In this document: one piece after another, positions 1-11,764 of the stretch
Layout: each line of letters opens with the position of its first letter
How positions within the stretch are numbered: position 1 is the stretch's first letter
DNA from: Octopus sinensis
Lineage: Eukaryota
Reading direction: 5' to 3'
DNA: 64,000 bases
NCBI RefSeq assembly: GCF_006345805.1
Contig: NC_043004.1
Coordinates: 3,100,001-3,164,000, forward strand
Notes under the pieces: generated by a model
The model's database searches: none
Told to the model about the DNA's origin: nothing
What the model saw: only the letters and a program-made list of their open reading frames with translations
Made by a program: the position numbers and the translations under genes

Positions 1-858
1 TTATCCGTTTTGTGTTTACTGCCTTCTTTTATGGCTGTCGGTGGGTTTTTTTCAGCCATATCCGTTGATAGGGGTCTTTGATTTATTGATATATGTAGAC
101 ATATTATTTCTCATTGTTCTTGTGACATGAAATTTGGTTTGACCATTGTTGTTGTTGTTGATGCTAATTACTCTCGACACTATTTTATTCTTTGTTCTTT
201 TCTTTATGTTCCATACAAATTCTTGCCAGTTTTCGTTTTTGTTCTTTACCTTACTGCTTTTTTTTTTTTTTGTTGTTATTTCTTCGCGTAGTTGTTTGAT
301 GCCGAGTTTTTTTTATTTTGATTGTTTGTAGTAATGTGTTTGAGGTTGTCACTGGTTTTTATGAGGTTGGCTATTTTTGGTATGTAATTGGGGCCGTATG
401 TTTTATGTTGGATGTGTTTTACATAAGCCTTTATAATTATTTAAATGAACTGCAAGGTCTCTGTTTGTGATGGTGACTGTGCTGAATTCTGAAAGCATTC
501 ATACTGTTTCTTGGCGAAAGAAGTTGCTATGTACTTTGGTGAAGTTTGCAAAAGTACACTTTCCGCCCTCATTCACATATGAATGCGAGTGTCTATCATG
601 AAAATTAGTATGAGGGCCAAGATTAGTGTTTGTGGTATCTAGATGTGCGGAGCAGAAGGTGAGAACTAACTATGAAAGAACGTTGCAATTGACTTAGAGA
701 GAACTGTATGTTGTGTGTGTTGGCGTGAATTGCCCAGGATATAAAGGGAGCCTGGTTGTGGCATTATCGGTTTATGATGATGACTGTGGCATATATATTT
801 ATATATGTTAATTAATGTACATCCTGTATACGTACAATATATTTATTATATAACGTAC

Positions 859-1230
859 TCGCATGGCTCAGTGGTTAGAGCGTCAGGCTGACAATCATGA
901 GGTTGTGAGGGATGTGTGTTGTGCTCTTGAACAAGATACTTTATTTCATGTTACTCAAATTCACTCAGCTGTAGAAATGAGTTGCAATGTGACTGATACC
1001 AAGCTGTATCGACCCCTTTGCCTTTCCCTTGGATAACATCGGAGGCGTGGAGAGGGGTGTCTGGTATGCATGGGTGACTGCTGGTCTTGCATAAACAACC
1101 TTGCTCAGACTTGTGCCTTGGAGGGAAACTGTCTGGGTGCAATCTACGGATCTCTTTTGCCGAACTGTTATGTTACGGGGAAGCTGTCTGGGTGCAATCC
1201 CCTGATCCTTTATGACCGAAGGGGGTACTC
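859..1230 (+). mobile_element. tRNA-derived SINE, family B
   Basis: A-box-like GCATGGCTCAGTGGTTAGAGCG at 861; body matches the reverse copy at 35381-35697 and the partial copy at 32330-32460. Confidence 0.75.
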
Positions 1231-1454
1231 TAATACATGCACATTGTATTAATGTACGTGTTGATGCAGGTGAAATCCTGCATTTCTACCGTAGTGTAGT
1301 TTAACGTTTACAAATGCCATGTTTGATATCTGTGTAAATGAATACATGTTTTTATGTCCGTTATAAAAGCAACGCCGCTGTAACAGTGTTGCCGATCCAG
1401 TCTCATTTATGGTTTATTTGGGATAATGGATGTTCGATGTTGTGGTAGTAAGTA

Positions 1455-2079
1455 CAGCAATCCGTCGCCATATCGCGGTTCACCTATCGCGGTTTATTAT
1501 TTAAGCTTACGTCGATACCTCTGTGGTGTTGTTTTGCATTTATAATAAAATAAATATATAGGCGCAGCAGTGGCTGTGTAGTAAGTAGCTTACTTACCAA
1601 CCACGTGGCTTCGATTTCAGTCACACTCTGTGGCACCTTGGGCAAATGTCTTCTACTACAGCCTCGAGCTGACCAAAGCCTTGTGAGTGGATTTGGTAGA
1701 CGAAATTGAAAGAAGCCTGTCGTTTATATAGAGAGATATATGTGTGTGTTTTTGTCCCCCCACCATCGCTTGACAACCGATGTTGGCGTGTTTACGTCCC
1801 CGTAACTTAGCGGTTCTGTAAAAGATACCCATAGAATAAGTACTAGGCTTACAAAGAATAAGTCCTGCAGTTGATTTGTTCGACTAAAGGCGAGGTTCCA
1901 GCATGACCGCAGTCAGATGACTGAAACTAATAATAGAATAAAAGAAAAGAATAAAAGAATATACAAATTATAAAAATAATACAAAAAATACACAGTACAG
2001 TACTGCTTCTACTTCGCGGATTTTCACTTATCGCGGAGGGTTTTGGAACGTAACATCCGCGAAAGTCGAGGGATTACTG
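1455..2079. mobile_element. Tigger/pogo-like (Tc1/mariner superfamily) MITE, interrupted by a family A SINE
   Basis: Imperfect TIRs: CAGCAATCCGTCGCCATATCGCGG at 1455 and revcomp CAGTAATCCCTCGACTTTCGCGG ending at 2079; TA on the left flank. Confidence 0.7.
1561..1960 (+). mobile_element. tRNA-derived SINE, family A (full length, nested in MITE)
   Basis: tRNA-like head GGCGCAGCAGTGGCTGTGTAGTAAG, CCTTGGGCAA core, internal (TA)/(TG) tract, AAAAGA-repeat tail; about 20 related copies in the window. Confidence 0.9.
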
Positions 2080-2094
2080 TTTATTGGTTTCTTA

Positions 2095-2983
2095 TAAGGA
2101 CAGTAATTTTGTGAGAAAGGGGCCAATCCATCACGTCTACCTTAGTACTTGCCTGGTACTATACTTTATTGACCATGGAAAGGATGCAAGGCAGATTTGA
2201 TCCCGGTGATCAGTGAACTCGGAACGTAAAGCGAAAAATGACAGCAAGCATTTTGTCTGACACAGTTCTGCAAACTCGCCACGTGAGTAGTGGTAAGAAT
2301 ATTACCTGAAATATTGTTCTCTCGTTTTGGCACAAGGCCAGCAATTCTGGGGGAGGGAGTAAGTCGATTTAACCGAACCCAGAATTCAACTTGTATTTAT
2401 TTTATTTATTTATTTATTTATTGCCCACAGGAGGCTAAACATAGAGGAGACAAACAAGGACAGACAAAGGGTTTCACTCGATTACATCAACCACCAATCG
2501 TAACTGGTACTTATTTAATCGACCCCGAAAGTATGAAGTCAAAGTCGACCTCAGAACGTAAAGCCAGACGAAATACCGGTGGGTGTTTCGCCCGGCGTGC
2601 TAACGATTCTGCCAGCTCACCGCCATTATATTTATTTTATTGTATTTTTTTATTGACCCCAGAGGAATGAAAGGCAAAGTCGACCTCGGCGCAATTCGAA
2701 CTCAGAACGTAAAGACAGACGAAATGCCTCTAAGCATTTCTGCGGGCTCGCCATCTTGATTACCTGAAATATTCTTTTCTATTCTAGGCACAAAACCAAA
2801 ATGTTTTGGGGAGGGAGCAAGTCGATTAGATCGACCCCTGTACACAACTAGTACTTATTTTATCGATCCCGAAAGTATGAAAGGCAATGTCGACCTCGGC
2901 GGAATTTGAACTCAGAACGTAGCGGCAGACGAAATACCGCTAAACATTTTGCCCAGCGTGCTAACGATTCTGCCAGCTCGCCA
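2095..2983 (-). mobile_element. Cluster of four family C SINE copies (tandem and nested)
   Basis: Repeated AAAGGCAAAGTCGACCTCGGCGGAATTTGAACTCAGAACGT ... GCTAACGATTCTGCCAGCTCGCC; B-box-like GAGTTCAAATTCC on the minus strand. Confidence 0.85.
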
Positions 2984-4315
2984 TTTTTATTACCTGAAAT
3001 ATTACAACACAATTCTGGTGAGTGATCAGCTCCAGAAAGTTGTTATGATGCTGTTAGCATTGGATTGCATGTGTGTTTGTGCGTGTGTGTGTGTGCACAC
3101 GCGCGCGTGAGACAGAGAGGGGGAAGAGGGGAGGAGAGAGAGAGTAAAAAAGAAAGAGTAATGTTTACACAGGTCTTTACCCTTTTTTGCGTATGAAACC
3201 ATTATAATTCGCTGTATCTCTGCGGATCTGTGACGTCGTGGAAGACGATAACAATGGTGCTTCCAGATTTTCGCCATTCTTCTTCCTCTCAGAGTTATCG
3301 TCACTTTTTCCTGTAAAGACGCGTATTTCTCTGGATTGTTTGAAAATGTTGTTTACTTGTGTTGTTTGCTCAAGCATTTCGAAGATTTTTCTTGGTGTTT
3401 TAAGTATGCAGACTTCTTTGCCATTTCTTTTTGATTTGAATATTTTTCTGAAGCAATCGCGTTCACCAGGAACTGTGACACAATAAATTAGGAACTTTGC
3501 GTAGTGAAATGGCAATGTGTTGTCAGCAGTTTCCCCTTTAAAGTATCTTACAAACCACAATTCGCATAAACTTACACCAGATATAAAAACCACTAAAATA
3601 TTTCTAGTGTCAAGTAGTAATAAGAAGTAAATGGATCTCCGTCAGTTTCAATGATGACTGTACAGTTATTCAGTTGACTGAATGACGCTTTTCATTGGAT
3701 TATCTTTTAAATGTTTACGCAATCATCAAGAAAAATCGCATAACAAATCTGGACATTTGAATTACCAGTATGATGCAACAGACTGGCGGCTTCCGCACAG
3801 TTTCGCTTTACTGAAATTCATTCGCAAATCTTGGCTCGTCACGAAACTATGGTCAAAGATGCCCAAGATGGCTGATAACCTATGACTGCCAAGTAAACTT
3901 CTTGACAATTTGGACATATTGGGATCACCAAGTCCTATCTAACACTAATTTACGCCAGTGAAATACCAAAAATACGATTGATTATATCGATTAGATATAG
4001 AGATGACGAAGATAGATAATAAATCACCAGCTCCCCAGAAACCGCAGAGTGTTAAAAAAAAACGGTTTCGATTCTTGCATGAAGTTATTTCACTTTATTT
4101 GTGTCCTAAACGGAAAAAATACATACTTTTATTATATTGCACGCTTTAGAGGTTGGACTGCCGTTGTATTGGTTTTAGTCGGATATACCAAACTCAGTAA
4201 TTTGGTAGGTATTTATTTTATCGCCACTCGCCAGTCTCCAAATAACTATGGATAATTGGGAGTCAGAAGATGTTTTCTCCGATGACAGCAAATAAATAAT
4301 ATTAATGATTACCGT

Positions 4316-4545
4316 AATGTGGCCAGTTGGCTGAATTGTTAGCACGCTGGGCAAAATGTTTAGCGGCGTTTCGTCTGTCTTTACGTTTTGAGTTCAAATT
4401 CCGTCGAGGCCGACTTTGCCTTTCATCCTCTCGGGTGGGGTGGGTTCTATTATGTAAGTATCAGTTAATCACTGTGAGTCGATGTAACCGACAAGACACA
4501 CACTTTCTCCAAAGTTGCTTGCCTTGTGCCAAAGTGGGAAATCTA
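4316..4545 (+). mobile_element. Family C SINE
   Basis: TTGTTAGCACGCTGGGCAAAATG...GAGTTCAAATTCCGTCGAGGCCGACTTTGCCTTTCATCC. Confidence 0.8.
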
Positions 4546-4549
4546 TATT

Positions 4550-4589
4550 ACTCATATAATATATATATATATAATATATATATATATAA

Positions 4590-4661
<72 letters not shown>

Positions 4662-4797
4662 GCATATATATATATGTATGTATATATATATATATGTACG
4701 TATGTATGTATATATATGTGTGTATATATATATACATATATATGTATACATATATATATATATACGTATATTTATGTATATATATATATATATATAG
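4550..4797. repeat. (TA)n/(TATG)n compound microsatellite
   Basis: Directly visible; source of the YIYI ORFs. Confidence 0.95.
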
Positions 4798-4995
4798 TAA
4801 ATAAAAAAAACGAAGAACAAACACAAAAAAACAACAATGCGTGGACATGGTACATGTAAAGTATTAGCAGACGCTCAGGTAAGGAAATAAAGGTGGTTAA
4901 ACGTTTCGAGCAAAGCTCTTCTTCAGAAACAGAGGGAAGTTCAGTGGAAAAGGAAGACAGAGAAAAATAATCGCCAATGATTCACATGTGGTTAC
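4797..4995 (-). mobile_element. Family F ~200-bp Penelope pLTR-like repeat with minimal hammerhead
   Basis: Minus strand 4930-4896 reads GTTT CTGAAGA A GAGC TTT GCTC GAAA CGTT TAAC; homologous to 7937-8133, 25860-26065 and 40745-40940. Confidence 0.7.
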
Positions 4996-5788
4996 ACACA
5001 CGCACACACACATATATATATACACACATATATATATGTATATGTGTGTGCGTGTGTGTGTCTATGTCTATGGTTCCCACCCCCCACGCCATCGCTTATA
5101 ATTGGTGTGGATGTGCTTGCCTCCCCGTATCTTAGCGGTTGGGTAATTAATAACCGTTGAAATAAATACCAAGCCTTAGAAAGATATACACTGGAGCCGA
5201 TCCATTCGACTAAAAATTCTTGAAAGGCGGTACTGTAGCATGGCCAGAGTCTGATAACTGAAACAGGTAAAAGATAAAAGATGTCGATTCGACGGAAGCG
5301 ACAAATTACAGGACTCAATACAAGTGTAATCTATTCTTTAATATGGTATAGGTACAAGGCTCCGATTTCCAGTTTACGAAGTCACTCGTTTCTGATCTTC
5401 AAATGGTAAACCGAGCCAGGTTTTCTTTTGAATTATTCACCGTTTGAAAATTTGCTGAAACATGAAATGAAGTTTTGAACAAGAAGCTTATTCCTATGTT
5501 CTTTTGTTTAAAAAACGTTTGTGAATGACACATGAAAAAGACAAAAAACAAACAAAGAAAATGCCTGCTTCTAGCTCACGGTTTTCATTTCGTTTCCGTT
5601 CCTCGGAGTAATATTATAAAAGTCTTAAACTTCCTACGAGAGAAGTCAGTCTTATAACTTAACTCATGAAGATGTGGTGTTGTTTAAGTAAAGATTTAAT
5701 TTAATATATTTTAATTAGTATTTTGAAAAACAGTAAATGAATATTGTGCCTGACTCTATACTGTCCGAAATCTACAAAAGTTATCAAT

Positions 5789-5820
<32 letters not shown>

Positions 5821-5967
5821 ATATATATAGATAGATATACAGATATACATATATATATATACATGATATATGTATATATATATATACATATACATACATA
5901 TATTACATATATACATATATACATATATTATGTATATATATATGTATATATATATGTATATATATAT

Positions 5968-6065
<98 letters not shown>

Positions 6066-6239
6066 GGCAATTATGTATGCATGCGTACATATCCACATAT
6101 GTATATACACGCACTCGCACCCATTGAAACCCGCCAACACATATTATAACGTATTAATAAACCATATATTTCGAACACTTTTCCAACCACAAATAAGTTC
6201 AAGGAGGAGGCGGGTACTTACATAAAAATTACTTAGCCG

Positions 6240-7230
6240 CGTGCATGCGAGGCACTAGCATTTGTGTTCTTGTTGAAACCGTTATTGCCTTGAGTCAAAA
6301 TTTTTTCGTGTTTTTTTTTTTTTTGTCTTTTGCTTAGACAAAGGTTACACAACATCTTTGATTTGAAGCTAGCTATCGTTCCTGTATGGCTGATCCCTAA
6401 ATACAACCAATTGGGAATTTTTGAATTCGTGATGACATATCTCACGCCAGAACCATGTAAACTTCGGCAAGCCATAGCACATTTCCTATCGGGGCTGACA
6501 AATGAATGTTTGTGTCTATAATAACGGTCGTTGAATGTTAGTTCCGTTGCGCAGTATATAATTTAGGTTCATCTCTGCTGTTTGAATCAACCTAGGCACT
6601 GTTTAGTACCGATATGCCGAACAGTTACCTTTAAGTGCGCAGTACTCACGAATTCTAAAGTTGCATGACCTTTGACGGCATGCTGTTTGCATGTCTCTTC
6701 AATTCAGTTTTACAACATTATAACCTCTGATACACAACAGGAAATTCTTACAAGTAGAATAACTAACATCAACACAGTCCCTATTCAATATTTTAACTAT
6801 TCTTAAGCCCCATCGAAAAATGTTGATCGCTTAAATTAAGGAATTCTCTAGTTACATTAAGTTTTACTGCTAGGTTAACTACTATGTTGCACCATCAAAT
6901 TTTCGTTTTCCCCTTCCTCTTCTTACTCTGAGTGTTCCCAGTTTTTTGTTTCTTACGTATCTAACTTTATCGGAGAACCCACTATTTCTTAGCACCTATT
7001 TATATTACTAGCATGTTTGTCTGTCTATATCTATTTCTAACTAACTGTCTAACTGATACTAGTAAATATACTGCCCTATCCCTCATGATATATACCCACT
7101 AATTTATAATCCTTTAGATAACGCCGTTTCGTCAAAAGCTAAATGGGAATTTTTCAGACTAATTATTTAAAAATTAGTTCGTTAGGTTTATTTCTACGAT
7201 GATTTATAATTGGTTTTTAGCTAGGTTCCA
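6240..7230 (-). pseudogene. Decayed Penelope-like element ORF (RT C-terminus, linker, GIY-YIG endonuclease); Naiad/Chlamys-type motifs
   Basis: Frameshifted translations in the expected order: ALRNSGFSDKVRY, FLNLSDQHF, VDVSYSTCKNF, CNFRIREYCALKGNC, ATELTFNDRYYRHKHSF, LCNLCLSK. Confidence 0.75.
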
Positions 7231-7249
7231 CAGGACTGTTAGCAGCCCT

Positions 7250-7672
7250 TATGAGATTTTGCTGTAAAAATGTACATGCAATTAATTGGTTATGCTTTTA
7301 CCATACACAGAATATTTTAAGAATTACGGAGATGTACGTGCATAACAAGTGACCTGATCTGAGATCGTGTGCTGGAGCACGGAATTTTGTCAGTGAACAG
7401 GTCGCGGTCTCAAAGCGACGAATATATTTTGATAAATTAAATTTAAATGTTGAAGTGAATCTAACGGATTTTGTGTGTTTCTTAAATAGTTTATAAACAC
7501 ATTCCACGCTGCAATTGTTTTTTTTTAAGAATTCATTTAATACAATATCTAATAATATTTAATTATAAAAATACAACGCAATTCTTTTAAAACTCCGAAT
7601 GGCTATGAGTGTCTGATCGACTTGAATAGGAATTAAAGTGGTCTATGGGTAAAAAATGGTTGAGAAACCTTG
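7250..7672. mobile_element. hAT/Charlie-like MITE remnant carrying an inserted repeat
   Basis: Right end AAAAAATGGTTGAGAAACCTTG resembles the Charlie-type TIR (CAGTGGTTCTCAACC); left TIR not found. Confidence 0.5.
7383..7438 (+). ncRNA. Hammerhead-like motif, G3:C8 core variant (position 15.1 mutated)
   Basis: TTTGTCA GTGAACA G GTCGC ggtctcaaa GCGAC GAA tatattt TGATAAA; stems I and II pair. Confidence 0.55.
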
Positions 7673-7936
7673 ATGTATATTTCCTATATAAACTATCTCC
7701 TCTAACGATTGCTCGTCCTAACACCCGCTCATATTATATCACTTCACTACCCCCATCTGTTGCTGTTTGGGAACGTTGTAAGACATCTGTTACCTCTAAG
7801 TAATAATGACTCCTTCCTGCTAGTATAAACGAATGCACAATATATTAGTACTTGCTATGAACACTTACTGAGTTCTTTGTTGAAATGTGAGATTTTTGTA
7901 ATTCTTTGGAATAAAACCTCTCTCATATATATATAT

Positions 7937-8133
7937 AGTTAATCCAAACATGAAAGCACAAAAACACAACAACGCGAGGACGGGGAACAAATATAGTATT
8001 ATTGGACGCTCAGGAAAGAAGGAGGGTTTAACGTTTCGAGCGGAGCTCTACGTCGGAAACATAGGAGAAGGAGAGATCCAGAGAAGGGAAGACAGAGGAA
8101 AAAAAATCGCCAATGGTACACACGCGGTCACAT
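7937..8133 (-). mobile_element. Family F repeat, hammerhead core decayed
   Basis: Minus strand 8060-8026 reads GTTT CCGACGT A GAGC TCC GCTC GAAA CGTT AAAC. Confidence 0.7.
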
Positions 8134-8237
8134 TTTGAATGGATATATATTATTATATATACATGTATGCATGTGTACCGTATATATATACTATACATGT
8201 GTGTGTGTGTATAATATATATTTGTGCGTATATACAT

Positions 8238-8272
<35 letters not shown>

Positions 8273-8332
8273 ATATTTATGTATTGTATATATAGAATAA
8301 ATATATAAAATATTTATAGATGTATATATATG

Positions 8333-8722
8333 GTGTGTGGTAAGTAGCTTGCTTACCAATCACATGGTCCCGGGTTCGCTCCCACTGAGTAGCACCTTCG
8401 GCTACTATAGCCTCGGACTGACCAAAGGCTTGTGAGTGGGTTTGATAGACAGAAACTGAAAGAAGCCTGTCTTGTGTGTGTGTGTGTGTGTGTGTTGTGT
8501 GTGTGTGTGTGTATGTATGTGTGAGTGCTTGTGTGTGTGTGTCTGTGTTTGTCCCACAATCGCTTGACAACCGATGTTGGTGTGTTTACGTTTCCGTAAC
8601 TTAGCGGTTCGGCAATAAGGGTTCGGTAACAAAGAATAAATTCTGGGGTCGATTTGTTTGACTAAAGACGGTGCTCCACGATGCCCGCGGTCAAATGACT
8701 GAAACAAATAAAAAGAGTAAAA
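8333..8722 (+). mobile_element. Family A SINE
   Basis: Homology to 1561-1960 with an expanded internal (TG)n. Confidence 0.9.
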
Positions 8723-8734
8723 CAGTTAAATGCC

Positions 8735-8765
<31 letters not shown>

Positions 8766-8783
8766 GTATACATGCACACACAG

Positions 8784-8834
<51 letters not shown>

Positions 8835-9054
8835 ATATATTATATATATATATAGATATATATATATATAGAGATACTAAGCAATAAGGGTTTAGCAACG
8901 AGTTGCCTTACCACATACCGAATTTAGAAATAGCAGTCAAAGGTTATAGCTATTTCTTCTACAAAAAAGCGAGATCTCAGTAAAAACAGCATTTGGAAGG
9001 CAGACACAAACAGGTAAGAGAGAATGAATTGACTGCAATCTATCATACATTTTT

Positions 9055-9181
9055 TAGTTATCCACGGACGTACGTTTCGAAATCAAGTTTTAAGGAAAGC
9101 ATAAGAATAGATATTAATATTATTAAATAATAAATAATTCTATCTTACCGAAACTTCTTTTCTCTTCAGCGTAGAATACTA
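9055..9181 (-). ncRNA. Type I hammerhead ribozyme (array unit 1)
   Basis: TAGT at TCTACG CTGAAGA [84-nt stem II GAAA..TTTC] GAAA CGTACG TC^CGTGGA ta ACTA; GUC site with predicted cut between 9067 and 9066. Confidence 0.85.
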
Positions 9182-9657
9182 TAATCATAAAAAATTATAT
9201 ATTTAATTTTGAGATACCAGAAGGCACCAACTCCACTCAGTATCAGAGCGAGCTAGAATCGCAACTGGTATCACCGAATTCAATTTGTGAATGAACGATT
9301 GTGTCAACAGCCCCTTCCCACCCGCGTGTAGCCAAAACAAGATGCTGTGGTCATCTACTGAGATAAAATATGGTATCCGTAATAATAAGGGTGAAATTAA
9401 TTAATTTGGAAAAATTATCAATTACACAAGTAGTCTTCGGCATGTAAAAGCCTCATTCGAGGAAAATTTAAGTAATACTAAGCAATAAGGGTTTAGCAAC
9501 GAGTTGCCTTACCACATACCGAATTTAGAAATAGCAGTCAAAGGGTTATAGCTATTTCTTCTACAAAAAAGCGAGATCTCAGTAAAAACAGCATTTGGAA
9601 GGCAGACACAAAACAGGTTAAGAGAGATGAATTGACTGCAACTATCATACATTTTTT

Positions 9658-9779
9658 TAGTTATCACGGACGTACGTTCGAAATCAAGTTTTAAGGAAAG
9701 CATAAGAATAGATATTAAATTTAAATAATAAATAATTCTATCTTACCGAAACTTCTTTTCTCTTCAGCGTAGAATACTA
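9658..9779 (-). ncRNA. Type I hammerhead (array unit 2; 1-nt deletions in GAAA and stem I, possibly sequencing error)
   Basis: Same motif as unit 1 but reads CGAACG instead of CGAAACG. Confidence 0.65.
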
Positions 9780-10254
9780 TAATCTAAATAATTATATATT
9801 TAATTTTGAGATACAAGAAGGGCACCAACTCCACTCAGTATCAGAGCGAGCTAGAATCCGCAACTGGTATCACCGAATTCAATTTGTGAATGAAACGATT
9901 GTGTCAACAGCCCCTTCCCACCGCGTGTAGCCAAAACAAGATGCTGTGGTCATCTACTGAGATAAAATATGGTTATCCGTAATAATGAAGGGTGAAATTA
10001 ATTAATTTGGAAAAATTATCAATTACACCAAGTAGTCTTCGGCATGTAAAAGCTCATTCGAGGAAAATTTAAGTAATACTAAGCAATAAGGGTTAGCAAC
10101 GAGTTGCCTTACCACATACCGAATTTAGAAATAGCAGTCAAAGGGTTATAGCTATTCTTTACAAAAAAGCGAGATCTCAGTAAAAACAGCATTTGGAAGG
10201 CAGACACAAACAGGTAAGAGAGAATGAATTGACTGCAATCTATCATACATTTTT

Positions 10255-10379
10255 TAGTTATCCACGGACGTACGTTTCGAAATCAAGTTTTAAGGAAAGC
10301 ATAAGAATTAGATATTAAATATAAATAATAAATAATTCTATCTTACCGAAACTTCTTTTCTCTTCAGCGTAGAATACTA
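10255..10379 (-). ncRNA. Type I hammerhead ribozyme (array unit 3)
   Basis: Intact CTGAAGA/GAAA/GTC core, same stems as unit 1. Confidence 0.85.
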
Positions 10380-10852
10380 TATAATAAATAATATATATTT
10401 AATTTTGAGATACCAGAAGGCACCAACTCCACTCAGTATCAGAGCGAGCTAGAATCCGCAACTGGTATCACCGAATTCAATTTGTGAATGAAACGATTGT
10501 TGTCAACAGCCCCTTCCACCCGCGTGTAGCCAAAACAAGATGCTGTGGTCATCTACTGAGATAAAATAGGTTATCCGTAATAATGAAGGTGAATTAATAA
10601 TTTGGAAAATTATCAATTACACCAAGTAGTCTTCGGCATGTAAAAGCCTCATTCGAGGAAAATTTAAGTAATACTAAGCAATAAGGGTTTAGCAACGAGT
10701 TGCCTTACCACATACCGAATTAGAAATAGCAGTCAAAGGGTTATAGCTATTTCTTCTACAAAAAAGCGAGATCTCAGTAAAAACAGCATTTGGAAGGCAG
10801 ACACAAACAGGTAAGAGAGAATGAATTGACTGCAATCTATCATACATTTTTT

Positions 10853-10976
10853 TAGTTATCCACGGACGTACGTTTCGAAATCAAGTTTTAGGAAAGCATA
10901 AGAATTAGATATTAAATATTAAATAATAAATAATTCTATCTTACCGAAACTTCTTTCTCTTCAGCGTAGAATACTA
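10853..10976 (-). ncRNA. Type I hammerhead ribozyme (array unit 4)
   Basis: Intact CTGAAGA/GAAA/GTC core, same stems as unit 1. Confidence 0.85.
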
Positions 10977-11153
10977 TAATCATAAATAATTATATATTTA
11001 ATTTTGAGATACCAGAAGGCACAACTCCACTCAGTATCAGAGCGAGCGAATCCGCAACTGGTATCACGAATTCAATTTGTGAATGAAACGATTGTGTCAA
11101 CAGCCCCTTCCCACCCGCGTGTAGCCAAAAAAGAGCTGTGGTAATCTAGATAG

Positions 11154-11204
<51 letters not shown>

Positions 11205-11764
11205 ATAAAATATATATACATATACTTATATGTATATAGTATAAATATGTGTGTGTGTGTAAAGAGAGAAAGAGATAGAAAGAGGAAACGCGAGTAGAAT
11301 AGTGAACGGATGTTGTTCATGCGTCCATGCTAGCGATAGTCTCCTTGTTTATTGATCAGGAGCTTTTTAGGATACAATCTACTGTTTGTCTTTTGTGTTG
11401 TTGATGAGAATCCGTTGTATCCGTGGTTGCTTTTGATGACGGTGGGGACTTTCGGTGGTGGTGCACTTTGTCTGTAGGTCAGTCCTTATAAAACAGACCT
11501 TTGATCAAAGGCGTTGCAGTAGTGATGATCCGGTCCTCCTTCTTTGTCCACAAGATAATTTACTCGACTTCATTATCCAATATGTCGGAATCAAACAAGA
11601 GACAGCTTAGAAGACCTCTCATTAGCTCTTTTCTCTTTCTCTTTTTTTGTATATATATATCTATATGTGTATGTATGTGTGTGTGGGGGTGTGTATGTAT
11701 GTATTTGTGTGTATATGTATGAGTGTGTGTGGCTATATTGTCCCTTATGTTGAACAGAGCACTA

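Larger units (their letters stand above)
8874..11148 (-). repeat. Tandem array of ~600-bp units (3.8 copies), each carrying a hammerhead ribozyme
   Basis: Unit start ATACTAAGCAATAAGGG at 8874, 9475, 10076 and 10671; units differ mostly by 1-bp indels; flanked by (TA)n and (TAGA)n. Confidence 0.95.

Noticed and set aside
1-720. T-rich strand-biased stretch with a GQT...IKDP hint of GIY-YIG on the minus strand
   Set aside because: Too decayed; the motifs fall in different frames and cannot be supported
3177-3593. 138-aa non-repetitive ORF
   Set aside because: No recognisable domain, non-ATG start and no convincing splice context
8874-11148. Array considered as CRISPR, rDNA/5S or a tandem gene cluster
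   Set aside because: Units repeat in full with no unique spacers, and show no rRNA/snRNA similarity or ORF
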